Positions 62,401 to 64,000 of a DNA stretch of 64,000 nt are shown piece after piece. The notes beneath the pieces are model-generated. The model ran no database searches, had not been told where the DNA came from, and saw only the letters and a program-made list of their open reading frames with translations. How positions within the stretch are numbered: the first letter of the stretch is position 1; every line of letters begins with the position of its first letter. Source of the stretch: Daphnia carinata (Eukaryota); the NCBI RefSeq assembly GCF_022539665.2, contig NC_081331.1, positions 9,920,001 through 9,984,000 on the forward strand. The letters run 5' to 3'. A program made the translations under genes and the position numbers.

Positions 62401-64000
62401 CTGCCACTCCCACGCGCAACAGAACTCATTCGCTTTGTGTTTTTTTTTTTTTAATGGTTGTCTCTAGTCTCTCCTCCCCATTTGCAATATTCCATGCACT
62501 TTCCACTATTTCGCGTGCCTCGTGTACATGTTGTAGACGTAAATGTTGTTGGAATAATGCGCGGTTATGGAAAACAGGTGCGGTGCCGGTCGTTGCCGGC
62601 CTTGGTCTCGAAAAGAGTCGTTCGTTGCACGGCAGTTTGGAGGAGAGAAAAACCAAAATTCCAAATTCAGCGAGTTGAAACGTTGAATCAGCTCAGCGTC
62701 GACTTGTAAAACGAGTTGACGCGCGTCGGAAGACGAGTTTCGACATCCAACACGGCTGGCTTATTTGCCCGTGTTGGCTCTATGCAATGGCCCTGACGCC
62801 GAACGGATCCGTGAGAGTATTAGCACGGCACGCACGGCCGCTTCTTATTGTCGTTCATTCCGGCTACACAAGCGCAATACACATAAAAACGCAGCGGATA
62901 CGCGCCTACTCCGCTGGCTGTTCCGCCATGACAAGGCATAGAAGATGGACCAATTCTCTCCCGACACCTGCTCGCTTGAAGAAAAAGGGAAACCAACGTG
63001 TTGGACACACACAGACACACAAGCGTTACTCATTTTTGTTGAATGATGATCTTTTTTTTTTTTGCGGCTAGAGAAAACGGTAAACGTCGTGCAAAGAGCG
63101 AGCGTCCTTGCCTGATGTGTTTCGACCTAGAAATGGCTCAAAACAAGAAAAATTCCACACAATTGATGAGCCTCTACGAGCTTGAATGTTTACGACGGTA
63201 AGGGCTGATGATATTCAACAGCAGCAAACGAGCCATCGTTAAAAGGTGGATCTCTTTTTACATCGCGATTTCCCTTGGCCTTCACTTGCATCGCTCAATG
63301 CATTCGTTTAGATTTTACACGATGACACATCTTCTTCAGATACATGTTTATTTTGTAATTGATTACATACGCACGATGTAATCGATGTGTATTAAGCTAT
63401 TTGTTTCTCCAGTTTGACGATCAAGTCACGTAGACGTCAAAATGACGAGTTGGGCCGACTTGATAATCACTACCGCCATAAATAAACGTAAAATCAAAAT
63501 AAAAAAATTAAGGAGGTAGATCAAACAAAGTGGTGGAAGACCTTCTTGTACACCCTTTGGTGGTATTGTTTACCCTCACGACCAACAAGGAGAGCTAAAC
63601 AGAGGCATCAGTTTTTGGACCGGTTGCCAAACGGCTTCGGGGGAACGGCCCTCATCTCTCCGAGTAAACACCGAGGCCATGAAAAACAAAAAGCCCATCC
63701 GACGTGAGAGGAGGACCGGTAGGCGTTGGGAGGAAGAAGGGGAATTCTACTAGGGGTCGGGAGTGGGATGGATCTTCGTCCAAAAAGTGAAAGTAGTCCG
63801 CAGGGGAAGAGATGCTCATCTCCCAGCCGCAACTGCGATGCGCTTCGGTTGCAACTCCACATCGTCGGAGGAGGAAACCTTGAAACTTTTAATTTTATTT
63901 CTTCTTGGGATTCTTCTTCTTTGTTAGCCTCACTTTATTCACCTCATTCTACAGTTTTACATACTAAATAATGACAACATGTCCTTCTTCATTTCTTTTT

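Noticed and set aside
63608..63880. GC-richer block with overlapping ORFs near the window end
   Set aside because: No recognisable protein motif in any frame and no convincing exon boundaries. It cannot be supported without a homology search.
1..64000. CRISPR arrays, tRNA/rRNA genes, well-known arthropod miRNAs, transposase or reverse-transcriptase ORFs
   Set aside because: None was seen by eye. A covariance-model or HMM search (tRNAscan-SE, Infernal/Rfam, Dfam) would be needed to exclude small or degenerate cases.

Overview
This is AT-rich eukaryotic DNA with many poly(A)/poly(T) runs and mostly short (about 60-130 nt) GT-AG introns. It resembles a branchiopod crustacean such as Daphnia, but the taxon is inferred, not verified. 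Hand-splicing gives six protein-coding units. (1) The last coding exon of a plasma-membrane Ca2+-ATPase (PMCA, + strand, ending in the PDZ ligand ETAV), followed by a long 3' region. (2) An 8-coding-exon alpha-arrestin (ARRDC) gene on the - strand (6440-9631, 432 aa). (3) After about 24 kb with no recognisable coding sequence, which holds a dispersed AAGCCCGAC repeat and a perfect 32-bp palindrome, a secreted Gln-rich 350-aa protein (33730-34986, +). (4-6) Three paralogous secreted proteins, each with one chitin-binding type-2 (ChtBD2/peritrophin-A, CBM14) domain and identical intron positions in that domain: a short divergent copy (38161-39145, +), a Thr/Arg/Pro mucin-like copy with three unrecognised 4-Cys modules (42141-44167, -) and a polyproline-rich copy (49955-52635, -). 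A degenerate tandem duplicate of the short gene, with its coding region deleted, lies at 39350-39970. Most ORFs in the supplied track are noise or antisense shadows. I saw no prokaryote-type system, CRISPR array, tRNA or rRNA.
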